Assembly: GCF_009914755.1 (NCBI RefSeq)
Contig: NC_060932.1
Direction: 5' to 3' (one strand)
Origin: the human T2T-CHM13v2.0 reference genome, Homo sapiens
Length of the DNA stretch: 64,000 bases
The position numbers and the translations under genes were made by a program. Positions within the stretch are counted from its first letter, which is position 1. Every line of letters begins with the position of its first letter. Shown here in pieces: positions 26,209 to 38,959 of this stretch. A model generated the notes under the pieces. The model was not told the origin of the DNA. It did no database searches and saw only the letters and a list, made by a program, of their open reading frames with translations.

Positions 26209-29200
26209 CTTGGTTAAGTCCCATGTGGGCCAGGACTGACTGCCTTTTCATCCTGTGTTGAGCAGTGTTTGGCACATTTGTTGAATGAACACCAAAAGGT
26301 GCTCTAACACTACAGAAGAAGACCCACCACAACAATCACCATTCTGAAAGTGTAAGTTCGCAATTCTACTTTCCCCTACAGTGTACTCCATTTGCAAAGC
26401 TAAAACCCACTCACCAAATTACAGATAGAGACTCAGAAGAGCTGAACTGACAAGGTAAGCAACACTCACTTCTTTAGATGGAAAAGTGCCACTCTTGTTG
26501 GTTGGCTGGTTAGTATTTTTTTCCTAGAGGCAATGAAACGCAAGCATCTAGTACATAAGAGCATCAGCAGAGGATCATCTTTTTGTCCAAGTGTGCTTTA
26601 AATCAGGAGCAATGATTTACTGCTAACACCGAATATATTTGGAATTCATGGAGGCTTTGCATTGCCAGCCTCTAATCACTTCTCAGCAGAGTACCCTAAA
26701 ATTGCTACAGTCCGTCAATACAAGATGGGAGATTGTCATCTGAGACTTGCCACATCAGGGATTCATCAAAATGCAAAATCAACACCTTCCCTTTCTCTCT
26801 CTCCTACTCCAGATGATTTCTGAATTTCTGTACATTTGTGAATTCACAGAAGCATGAACAAAATGACATGAACATTACAAATGCAAATGTCTTTTTTCCT
26901 AACAAATTACTCCAGTTTTCCCTTCTTCCGTAAGTCTGGGAGTGGGAGGGAAGGGACTTCACATTACCATTTCAAAATCACCATACGTTTAGAAGCCAGA
27001 GGCAAAGGTGAATTATAGTTTCCCAAAGTTTTTTTTTTTTTTGTCAGGGATAGCTTTTAAACACACACAACTTCAAATATTATTTTTCCAATGCTGATTT
27101 GTACTTTTATAAACTGACATCTGCATCTCTAAAGAAATACTTCACTGTCAAAAGAATCTAGCTTAATTTTGTTTGCTTGAAATGTTTTCATCTCAGACCA
27201 AATTTAGAATACCCCACCACCTGTTGACACCAGTCTCCAGCAAAGCAGCAAAAGCTCACCTCTTCGATTCACTTCCCAGCTGGAACAGTCAAGGTGATGG
27301 GAGTTGTAAGATGTTTTAAATTAGCCTCCAACTCCTTGTTCATTTCTGAGAAAATGTGCTACCCTTGAGCTCCAAATGCTACACACTTCAACTCCAGAGT
27401 ACATCAGGGAACATCTTTGCAAACAGAAAGCCTCAGTCATGTAAGGGACGACATTCTGCAGAAAATGTTGAGGCACAGAACAATACAAAAGAATGGTGAA
27501 TAGGCTATTTTGGAAACAATACTTAAAGCTCTTGGTACCTCCTTCCACATCTGTGAATGGGGGTGTTAGTGGTCATAGAGAGACAGGGCTAGTTCCTCTC
27601 TTGTTCTAAAGTTCTGTTAACATATTTGCAAAATACAATAGCTTTTATTCTCCAATTCCCACTTAAGGCTGCACCTTCTAAAATCTTTTGAGGCCTGATA
27701 GCAAATAAGCCTTGGCATATACATGAGTTGGGTTAGGTTTTTTTTTTTTTTTTTTTTTTTTTCAGGTTGAAAGCAACAGAAACCAATTCATACTTGCTGA
27801 AGAAAAAAAAAAGGCAGTGTTATTAAGAAGATTCAAATGTGTTTTTGTGAGATTCAAAGGCAAGAATCTAAACAGGTCTCAGAAAGAGACTGGAAACAGA
27901 AAATGCCAGTGTTAGGAACCCAGGCAACATTCTTTTATTCTTGCTCCAGCTGATTCTTCCTTCCCCTGTGCTCTGCTACTCAGCCCTGAATTACAAAGTA
28001 GTCAAGAGATTAGACCACCTCTACTCAAGGAATGAGCCTGGATGGACACTAGCATCCCTTAATTGTTGTTTATCTGAAAAGGGTAACTGATTAAGATATC
28101 CACCTTGGTCCAGTTATAAACACAGACACTGGGAGCTCACCACTGGGATCCTGTGAATCTTGGGATCAGGGTGAATTAGGAGGTGAAACAGTTCCCAGAA
28201 ATCGGTGGGGGAAGGAGAGAGAGTGGCTCACCACAGAAGAGATGATATTGCATAAATAGGAAGATATCTTGAAACAAGAACTATTTTTCCAGTCCTGTTG
28301 AGAAGGGAGGTTGTGCCACATATTGGTACGAGTACGATGGCACTGACACCCAAGACTTGAGCTCCAGTCCTGGTCCTGCCACCTAGGGGTGGGTTAGCTT
28401 TAGTCAATCACAACCTTTTTGAAGTTTGGTTTCATCATTCCTGGGCCATTACTGTGTTTCAAACCTAGTATTTTCTGTATCAAGTGCATTGGCTTCATAA
28501 TGCATTTTGTACTCTTCTCTCATTCCAAATGAGAAGATACATGAGCAAGTACTTTGTGAACTGTAAAATATTAATTTGGAGATTGCTCTTAAAATGCTAC
28601 TTGAAATATAATTTGTCTATTCATTTTCTTCTCCAAGTACCTAGGTCTTTTGCCTCCATAATGAGGGCCCCCTTCAGCAGGTATGGAACATCAGACACTA
28701 CAAGCCAAAACAATACCTACATTAAGACTAGGCAAGATATTTTATATAAGCAGCACATGCATTTTGGTTTCTTTGGCCCATTGCCTCCTGAGTATGCATT
28801 TGTTATAGTACAGTGGGCTAGAAGTGGAAATTATCAGCTGCAATTCCTCTCTGTATCTCATTAGAGGTCTAGTTTCCCCTTAATGCACATGAAGACCTTT
28901 CATTAGCAATAATGGGAGCTGCATGCATCAAAAGGAAAAATAGACCTTCTCCATTGTGATCTAGGAGATGAGGTTATTGGGACACTTGCTTGCCTGACTG
29001 GAGAATTATGACATTCAGAGATGCATGATTATATCATGGAAAAATTAAAATCTTTGTGACTGTTTTAATAAATAAAATGCAATTTTAAAACCTCAAAATG
29101 GAGGTCAAGAATCAACACTAAAGAATCATAGGCAGATTGAAATTAGGAATGAGTTAAGTAAGTGAAAGCCAAATGACAAGATAAACAAAGGTAGAGAAAG

Positions 29201-29978
29201 ATCACCCAGGGGATTTGACAAAATAAGAACTGTTTCCAATACACACACAGTTAAGACACTGGCAAGAGAGACTACAGTCCAAGAAGAGACGGCAAGGACC
29301 ATTTACTGTCAGAAACGGTAAACACTGCTGAAAGTTAAACAAATCCTTTGCTTCCATGTCCACAAAGGAAGATGGAAGATGCCAGAAATGGCTGTGCCCT
29401 GAAGAAGGGTCAATGAAATAAAATATTACTCAAGGAAATAAAAGTGACACCTGAGTTTGTCTTGAGGTTGACATAAATGCCAGAAGTAGTATTTTCCTGC
29501 TGCAATAAACTTTAAACAAGGACACTTGGAAATTGGCCATTCTGCATTGTTAAGGGTCTGAGGAAGAAGTGGCACAGTCCTTCACTTTTGTTCAAATGTA
29601 AAAACAGTAATCTGTGGATTAAAGAAGAATATATTTTCTTTACAAGACAACATCAGACAATGAGACCTATTCTGGGGGTTAGGTGGGTGGAGAGGGTGGG
29701 GAATGCTCAGGAAAAGCAAGCAAACATGTACCTGAATCCTATTAAAAAGACTTCAAGCAAGTCCTAGAATAAGCATGAATTCAGCACTCCATCTCCTATC
29801 CTCTCAACTCATGATGGTTCCAGGGAATACTCAAGTTAGTAAGACTCTGAGGATGTATTCAATCTGTAGCAGACTGCTTGCCATTGAGTCAATGAAAAGA
29901 TTGAAAATTGGTTGCCTAACTCATAAAAAAATGCAAATGGCCTCAACATCTAATCTCATGGAATCAAACATTTTTTAA

Positions 29979-30252
29979 GGACAGGTGCAGTGGCTCACAT
30001 CTGTAATCCCAGCTCCTTAGGAAGCCAAGACAGGAGCCAAACCAGCCAGGACAACAAGGCTAAACTCCGTTTCTACAAAAAAAATTAGCCAGGTGTGATG
30101 GTATGTGCCTAGGGTTCCAGCTATTCGGGAGGCAGAGGTGGATCACCTGAGCCCGGGAGGTTGAGGCTGCAGTGAGCGGTAATTGTGCCCACTACACTCC
30201 AGCCTGGGTGACCGAGTGAGACTCTTTCTCAAAAAAAAAAAAAAAAAAAAAA
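29979..30252 (+). mobile_element. AluJ with an internal deletion
   Basis: gaggttgaggctgcagtgagc (J-diagnostic) and a poly-A tail. Confidence 0.85.
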
Positions 30253-30295
30253 GTATAGAGATGGAGTCTTCACTATGCTACCCAGGCTAGCCTTT

Positions 30296-30590
30296 AAAAA
30301 AAAATGTCAATAGCTTTTGGGGGTACAAGGGGTTTTTAGTGACATGGATAATCTGTATAGTGAAGTCTGACATCTTAGTGCATCCTTCACCTGAGTAGTG
30401 TACATTATACCCAATATTCAGTTTTTATCCCTCATGCCCCTCTTACTCTCTTCCCTTCTGAGTCTCCAAAGTTCATTATACTCTGTGTGCCCACAGCTTC
30501 ACTTAGAATAATGGCCTCCAGATCCATCCGAGTTGTTGTAAAAGTCATTATTTCATTCTTTTTTATGGCAGAGTGGTATTCTATGGTGTA
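30296..30590 (-). mobile_element. L1 3' fragment (L1PB/L1MA-type)
   Basis: caatagcttttgggggtacaag...atggcctccagatccatccgagttgttg...ttcattcttttttatggcagagtggtattc. Confidence 0.82.
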
Positions 30591-31465
30591 GAAATCAAAT
30601 TTTGACTTTAATAAACTCATCACATGGCAACTACGCGAGGGCTTAACAGCCTGTAAGAATAAGAATGCAAGTACTCAGACAAAGAAATGTCTGGGAAACA
30701 CCGAACTCCTACAGAATGGCCCAAACTCCCCACATTGGAGCAGGGGTATAGCACTTGGAAACCATTCCTTGCATACCCGGACTATATCCCTAAAATCACC
30801 ATTGAGGCTTATGCAAAGCCATTTCAGGTTCTGCCAGTAGCTGTGGAGCCAAACAGGCTCAAGGTGCATTATAGGGAAGTGTCTATTTATATAAAATGAA
30901 GTCTCAAGGCAGTAAGTACTAGGCCACAGCAGTTTGCTCCAGCAAACTGTAATTTCCCAATAGTTCTGGCTTCCTATTTCTCACTCCCTGTCTCCAGTAA
31001 TTTGGAGTCAAATGAACCCCTCTTCCAATCCATCCAAAGAGGTTCTGACTCCAACTTGGGAGTCACCACTTTTCAATAATAGACTCAGATCTTTATCCTT
31101 TTACCACAATGACTATTAACCACTGTCACCCCTTCTGTACAACCCAATTGCAGAAGGATCCTCTGTTAAGATGGCCCAAAGCACTCTCCAAGGCACTTAT
31201 GACTTCATACTCTATCAGCTTGTAGGACTTCATGTTCCCTTCTTGGGTCATATGCTGATTAATAAGCTCAGAGGCAGAATCTGTGTCCTGTCTGCTTTGG
31301 AACATCAAGAGTGCTTGACATAGTAGGTATCTGATAAATACTTCTTAAATTAGAAAAAAAAAAGAGAGAATTTTTAAAAATACAGAGCTAGCATAGAAAA
31401 AGATGCCCAGTGAGATTTTTTTTTAAAATGACAGTGTATTACATACTTAATTTGGTTGAGAAGTG

Positions 31466-31471
31466 TTTATT
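31466..31471 (-). terminator. EIF3H: Candidate EIF3H distal polyadenylation signal (AATAAA)
   Basis: tttatt on plus, ~2.86 kb after the stop; agrees with my recollection of a long annotated 3' UTR isoform. Confidence 0.55.
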
Positions 31472-33361
31472 GTAAAAATGGAGTTTATAATGAAAATAAA
31501 AAATTATTTCATAACATTCTGATACCACTACACCTGAGTTCGATGCCAGCATGGTTTGAAAGTGAAGCTGATACAAGTTTTCTAAAGGATGTTAAAAAAC
31601 TATAGTATGAAGAATGTAATAATATTTTAGAAGACATTAAAACTTAAATATTTAGATGCTGTATATGAGAAATCACACCAAGCTCTCTTAATTAGGTTAA
31701 CATTAGACAACTACATCTCAATTTCCAAGCTTCCAAAAATAGGTAAAAAAATTATTTTAGTTTAAGTTGATATTAAAAACACATTGGGAGCAGGAATCCA
31801 TTCTTTCAGGTTTTAAGAATAATGTTATGATTATTAGATTATTATCAATGATTATAAAGTTAATGTCAAATATCTTCTACTTTCTTGGTTTTTTAACATT
31901 CGATTTTTTCATTAGATTAACATGCTAGCTTTTCCTGTCTTTCTGTTCTTGGGTAAGTGAATGATTTATTAGACCTGGTGCTCAATTTACGAGCTTTTCT
32001 CATTTCAACTTGAAGAAACTGCAAATATTTATAGAAGATGAATCACATGTATTTGTTCCTGAAAAATGTCAGAATACAGCACTCAAATCAAATGCCGAAC
32101 AGAAGCTATTCCCTAACACTACATACTGTGGCGAGTTAATTTCCACTGACATGTTTTCCTAAACAGTTTTTCCCACTATGATTAATTCCCAAATCAAAAA
32201 TTACTGAAATCTTTCATTAAGTGTGTATTCATGTTACCAAGATATAGAAATCTAAACAATCATAAAGAATTTAAGAATCACACCTTTAAAAACATATTGA
32301 ATTGACTCAGTTAAATTACTCTTAATCCTAAAAAATACATAAGTTATGTTCCAACTGATTTTCCTTGCTTTTATTTTGCTCGCTTGCTACTTTAAGGGTG
32401 CTTTGTTTAACTCCACAATAAGATCCCAAGTCTAGAAAATTAGAATGCAGAGGAAATGAACCAACAGAGCATATACTCCACAAGGGCAGGGGCCATGGCC
32501 AGTTTTACCTGTTAATATATCCCTTCTGTCTAACACAGTCACACTCAAATTTGTGTTGACTCCAATTTAAGGTTATCACTATGGGTAGGAGGGCAAAACA
32601 GCAGAAACTTTTGAAGGCAATTTGGCAATACAGGTAAAAGGGCTGACATTTTACATACCCTTTGACTCGTAAGTCTATATCAAAGATTATCCTAAAGAAA
32701 TAATTATATATGTGAGCAAGTACTTGGATTCTAGAATGTTCTAGGCCCTGAGCTTTTTAAAGTAAAACCCAGCCAACAACCCAACATCCTGGAAGGGGTG
32801 CCTAGAATGCCTCCCTCATCATAAATACAGGCTGAGTGGCTGCCACATACCAACCAGAGTTTGCATGCTTCACCCAAACCCCCAACAAACGTCTTCAACA
32901 CTCACAGCCACCTTGTGAGGTAACAGACCTGCTCTCATTTCTTATCTTATCTGGTTGACAAAAAGTGAGGCACAGGGAGGTTAAATAACTTAGGAAAAGG
33001 AGGAGCCAGGTTTCAATCTGGCTGCCTGATCCCAGAGCCCCAGTAGTGCCTTCAAAACAATGTTGTCCAAAAAATGAATTTCTCGACTCTCCTGATCTTT
33101 CACCCATCTCCTTTTTTGATAACCCTCCTAGGGGATCATAATCAAAAATTCTCATAGGCACACCCCCACCAGCTGGCAGATCTCACTGATTTTGGTGATG
33201 CACAAACAGCAAAATCTGTGATTATCTTTAAAATATAAAAATTACTAAAATATGTTTTTCCCAATGTACTACCATTCTCCTAATTCCTAATTCCTCATTC
33301 ACAACACTTGCTGTTAGCAGAATTATACTTCATGGTTTCGGAAGACAAATGTGAAGTCCTA

Positions 33362-33735
<374 letters not shown>

Positions 33736-34164
33736 CTTGTGTCCCATGGCCTATGAGTACGGGGACTGGTTGACCATCACCTGCAGAAATGAAAAGGCAG
33801 ACTGACCGGAATTAGGCCAAGTGATTCCGGGTCCGGGGACAAGGAATTCCTGGGCAAGTACACGAAGCCTGGACTTCTCTCGGGGTGCTCATTTGGGAGC
33901 AGCGAAGTATAAAAATTCAAAAAAAAAATATTCACAGTAGATGCCAGGGCCTCGGGGTCAGGAGCTGGGATAAGTAGTTGGGAGAAGTGGGTTGAAAGGT
34001 GGCACCTGAGAGGCAGCAAAAGTGGTGGAGCCTATAGGTTTCTGCCTGGTGAAACTTCCGGTCAGGGCTTGTTTTAGCTTTTAGAAATAAACAAGTATAA
34101 GCAAACAAAAGTAAGCCAGAGAAAATACATCTAAAATCAAATGAGCAAGCAGTCAAGATTTTGT

Positions 34165-34175
34165 TTTATTTTATT
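34165..34175 (-). terminator. EIF3H: EIF3H proximal polyadenylation signal (two overlapping AATAAA)
   Basis: Plus strand tttattttatt equals AATAAAATAAA on minus, ~155 nt after the stop. A U/GU-rich downstream element follows (~34085-34140). Confidence 0.85.
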
Positions 34176-34326
34176 ATGGCTAGAAAGACACTGTTATAGC
34201 CAAAATCGGCAATGACACTAAAGAAATCCTCTGTGCTTTTCAATATGCAAATATATTTCTTCCAAGAGTTGCCCTGGTGTGACTTCAAGAGTTCATGTTA
34301 ACTTCTTTTCTGGAAACTTCCTTTTC

Positions 34327-34424
34327 TTAGTTGTTGTATTCTTGAAGAGCCTGGGCCATGAAGAGCTTGCCTAAGTTTTGGGCAGTGAACTCCTTGATGT
34401 TCTGGCAGTAAGTGTTTATCTGGC
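34327..34424 (-). CDS. EIF3H: EIF3H last coding exon 8 (98 coding nt): (G)[31 protein letters not shown]-stop
   Basis: gcacag|GC CAG ATA...AAC AAC TAA; stop codon at 34329-34327. Confidence 0.97.
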
Positions 34425-35791
34425 CTGTGCATTTGAGAAAGAGATAGAGCCATAATGTTCCACAAATTGTAAAATGATCCAGAAAGCTAGTCAAACAGAA
34501 AAATCAGCATAAAACAGAATCACCTGTTTATTGTTTTGAATCCAGAGTTTATTTTTCCATAAGGGATAAGAAATACAAGTTCTTTTGAAAATAAGCTACT
34601 GTCCACTCTCAATTACATGGAGAATAAAGAAAAACTACTCCTCAAAAGCTTATCAGCCCTAAGGACATAATAGCTGTCAGTCAAAAGGACTGACTAAATA
34701 GATCAAACCAATGCTGTACAACTGAGAAAACAGCGCTGACTAGCCTTCACAGGTAGAAAGGAGATACTAACAATAAATCACAGAGCTGCAAACCAGCCAG
34801 ACCCACTGGACCCAGATGTGAACAAGTACGGTAGGTTTTCAGTTTGTGCTTTGGGAACGTTAAGGAGTTTTCTCCTACGAGCCAGACAGAGTAAGAGTAA
34901 AGAGTTCACTTGAAGAAAGGGCTCCATCATTGCTTTTTATGTCTTTAATGATCTAATCCCATGCAACAGTTACATCAGTTACATACTTCTTCAAAATATA
35001 AGGATCTCAATTCTGTTTGAATTGGACCTTTGGGAAGGAATTGTGTCTCATTTCCAAATTTAATTTGTATGTACACTAGAAAATGTTAAGGAATTTGGAA
35101 TTTCCTCCCACATTACAAATGTATCAATATAATTTGAGAAATTGCCAATCAGCTTTTGAGAAGGATTTTCACTTTGATAAAATCTTCTCACAGGTAAGGA
35201 TCTGACTGAATCAGATGGCATTTAACATTTCTATAAGATTATAGCCAAATAAGGGCATGAATGTCATATATTCAAAATCAAGTCCTAGTACAGGACACAG
35301 GACCTCTCCTGCTTAAAGGTGGTATTAAACATTAAGTATAACCAGAAAAAGTTTATCCGGAAATACATTTGTGCTGCCACAATTTAAGTCCAAGTAAGGG
35401 AAATAATTTCCTAAATTCAAGTCAAGTACCCACTGTACAGTGCTGTGCTGGAAAAGGAAGAGTAAGAGGCCTGAGCTAAGTGGTCTTCTGCATTAAGACT
35501 GTAAACAATTTTTCTGGGTTTCCATGAAAAAGGACTCATTTTAGAAAGTTTATGCCATCTCAAAAATGTTTAGAAACACAGAGTGAAGCACTGAAAGGAC
35601 CTGGACAAAAGAACAAACTCTTACAAGTTCTTAGATTTCAGATATTACAGGTGCTAGATTCAAATTCATCCTGCAACTATTTCAAACATACTAGCTTTTA
35701 CGGCATGCTTTTCTGTTTGTAAATTTCTCACTGTCTTCTGCTTCCTAAGAAACGAACAAAACCAGCCAGGTTTTGCACTGGGCAACAATAC

Positions 35792-35924
35792 CTGCAATGA
35801 GCAGCGAGTCCATCCTGGCAGGCGGCTGTGGTGGTTTGAAGAGTTTGGACAGGTCCTCCTCAGGGAGCGGGGGTTCTCCTCGGCTCTGGCGCTGCATATT
35901 CTCCTGCTGGCGACGCTGCTGATA
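35792..35924 (-). CDS. EIF3H: EIF3H coding exon 7 (133 nt): [44 protein letters not shown](G)
   Basis: ttttag|TAT CAG CAG...ATT GCA G|gtattg. Confidence 0.97.
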
Positions 35925-36398
35925 CTAAAATTCAAAGGGAAAATGGTTTGGTTATTTTTCTCCATCTGAGGAGGAAAAAAAGATGTCCTTCCCCTACACA
36001 ACCAGCAGAACCCCACTGCTCTGAATTCCAACCTCAGTTTTTATCATTGGCAACATTTGGTAACTTGCGTCTAAGAAGCTAAATACGCCAATAGCAGAAG
36101 AAAATTCCTTTGTTGAAAACTCTAGTGTCACTCTAGCTCTAAGAGTCTATAACTAATGATTCAGAAAACAAAACTAGTTATGTAAGTAACAGGGGGCTTA
36201 AAGGGAAAGAAGCTCATGACTAGTAAGGTAAAGGGAGTTCCTTTACCATTCATGACAATGAGGTAATAAATGATTCATCCTAATTTTAATGACTAAGTAA
36301 TGAACTACCACACTGGAAATTCTTTCACCTTTACTCCTATTGACCTAAAATAACAATACAGATGATGTTATTACTGCTATGTTCACTACTGTTACGGC

Positions 36399-36720
36399 TT
36401 TTTTTCTTTTCTTTTCTTTTTTTTGACACAGAGTCTCATTCTGTCACCCAGGCTGGAGTGCAGTGGCACAATCTTGGCTCACTGCAGCCTCCGCCTCTCC
36501 GCCTCCCCGCCTCCCCAGTTCAAGCAATTCTCCTGCCTCAGCCTCCCGAGTAGTTGGGGTTACAGGCGCCCACCACCACACCCGGCTAATTTTTGTATTT
36601 TTAGTACAGACAGGATTTTACCATGTTGGCCAGGCTGGTCTCAAACCCCTGACCTCGTGATCCACCCGCCTCGGCCTCCCCAAGTGCTGGGATTACAGGC
36701 GAGAGCCACCACTCCTGGCC
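36399..36720 (-). mobile_element. AluS in EIF3H intron 6, with a small internal (CCGCCTC) duplication
   Basis: Full Alu; cctccgcctctccgcctccccgcctccc at ~36488-36516. Confidence 0.92.
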
Positions 36721-38126
36721 TATTGTTACTATTCTTAACAGATAATTGTCTGTACCTTAGCTCTATAACTAAAGATGGATAATATTAATAGCTCAGATAA
36801 TGCTTCAAATACTTTCAAACTCTGGATTCCTATGATTCGCTGAAGAGAAAGCAGGGATATATATAAACTTTAACTATAAACTTATAGATCAACTACAATA
36901 AGAGCTAACAGCTATGACTGCTCCCAACAGTGAAGCACGTAATATCCCATACACAACCTTAAAATGTCAGGTAATGAGAAACCAAGCTGGGCTAGTAAAA
37001 ATTTAGTCTTTGGATTCCTAAGAAAATCAAGGGAAACAACAATTCTTTCTAGTGAAGGAACGTAACTTGCTTTGTAAAGATTCCTGTATTCATTATGGGG
37101 TACTCATAGGAAACAAATATTCAATTTGATACCCTGGATGAGTCCTTCACCTACAGGAAAAACCAGCATGAAAATGAAATCCAGCTGAGATGATTTTTTT
37201 CCCCCTCAGTTTATCAGACATTTGTAACCACTCCCATCTTTTTAGTTAAAAAAAAAAAATACTGATTTACATATGTTTTCTCAATTCTAAGCTGGTAGAA
37301 ACAAAGTACTTTAAATTTCACTATATACTGAAAATGAACTCTGATATTAAGAGAAAATTTAAATACAACATTCTTAGAAACCACTCAGTTGTGCTTAGAA
37401 TTCTATATTTAACAAAGCTCTGTTTAAAGTACATTTTAATGAACAGAGTAGTCATATATAAATACTACTTTCACAGATAAACATTCTGGAATCAACTAAT
37501 CTATGAATCAAATGCTAAGAACACTTTAGAGCAGTATAGTCCAAATACAATATTCCAGGAACTGTGAAAACCATGTGGCCTGCAGGCAACATGAATAAAG
37601 AAAAGGTTATATGGTCACAGCCGTAGATGTGTGCATATGAGAATATTCGGATAATTCTAGGGTTTTTGTCTGTATTATACTATCTACTTCACAGCAGTTG
37701 GTCTATTATTTCCTATCAACATTGCTTGCTCTTAATCACAATTGCTCCGTTTTTTAAATGAACTGAAGATTGCTAACTATGCCACAATGAGCCACTGCCA
37801 AACCAATTATAGTTAGTAAAGAAATGAGCTGTGACATTCTGGAATCTCTTTGCTTCTGATTTTCTCAATAAATGTATCTCTTATTTGCATAACCTTGGCA
37901 TTACAATCTGAGCTTAACAGCTCTCTTTAACACAGGTATTTTTAAGTATAACCTGTAAATAATATGTTACAAACATGCCATAAAAATAATAATCTTTTAA
38001 AAATATAATATAGAGTAGCTAACGGTCAATAATTTACCAAAGATAATTTAGGTCATTTTGAACATGACTCTTGAAATACATGAAACTTAGAAATAGCTGT
38101 TTGTTGAATTTTTCCACAATACCAAC

Positions 38127-38247
38127 CTGATGTTTCTGCTGCTGTTGTTTACTAGTATTCCTCATGTATGTGTTGTATTTAACTATATCTTGGCTCATTT
38201 CATCCACTCTGTCCATCAGCAACTGTAGATTCTTCCCCAAATGATTG
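38127..38247 (-). CDS. EIF3H: EIF3H coding exon 6 (121 nt): (S)[40 protein letters not shown]
   Basis: ttcag|C AAT CAT TTG...CAT CAG|gttggt; overlaps ORF-track entry 38034..38240. Confidence 0.97.
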
Positions 38248-38959
38248 CTGAAATGTAAAGTAAATATACTGACAAGTCTTACTTTAAATTATAGCTTTGC
38301 TACTGCTCTAAACAGTTTTAAGATATGAACTTGAACTGGCTTTTGCTAAAAGAATGAGAGCACACATATGCATAAAAGCAAGAGCAGAGGAAAAAATCTG
38401 AGTCAACTTGTTACTAAACTTTCCATACCGAACTTCCAACTATAATCTCAGGGATACCTGAAATAGCTGAGTTTCTTATTGTGAGAGCACAGGTATGTTA
38501 GGGTAGGAACTGTTAAACATACCTAGTGAGACATCTATAATACATATTTTTTATACCAAGTTCAGTATTCCCAAATTCTTTTCATTAACTTACTCCTGCC
38601 CAAATGCATTCCATAACATTTTTATCAGTAATCACAGGAAAGAACCATACAGATTATGACATCTGGCACATGATTTCTCTATCTAGGTTTTAAATGAACA
38701 ATGGTAACATTTATTCTACAAAACATGATGAAGAGGCTCCTTTCCTCTTACCTTTCCTAGAATCTGTAGTACAGTCTTTCATATTTCTTATTCTCTCCCG
38801 AAATTTCTATTGCAGCTCAGTTACCAACATCGCTTTATAAAGTGATGTAATGACTGGCACAATGACCACCATATTCACTGATTTCTGCCTGCAACTTATC
38901 TCCTACCATGGTAACGCCTGGACAGCTACTATACATATATATATTTTTAAAATAGCAAG

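Noticed and set aside
30687-30899. 70-aa ORF with fairly protein-like composition
   Set aside because: No recognisable family and no poly-A/TSD signature of a processed pseudogene; this length is expected by chance.
38034-38240. ORF containing genuine eIF3h residues
   Set aside because: It is exon 6 read through into the intron, not a separate gene.
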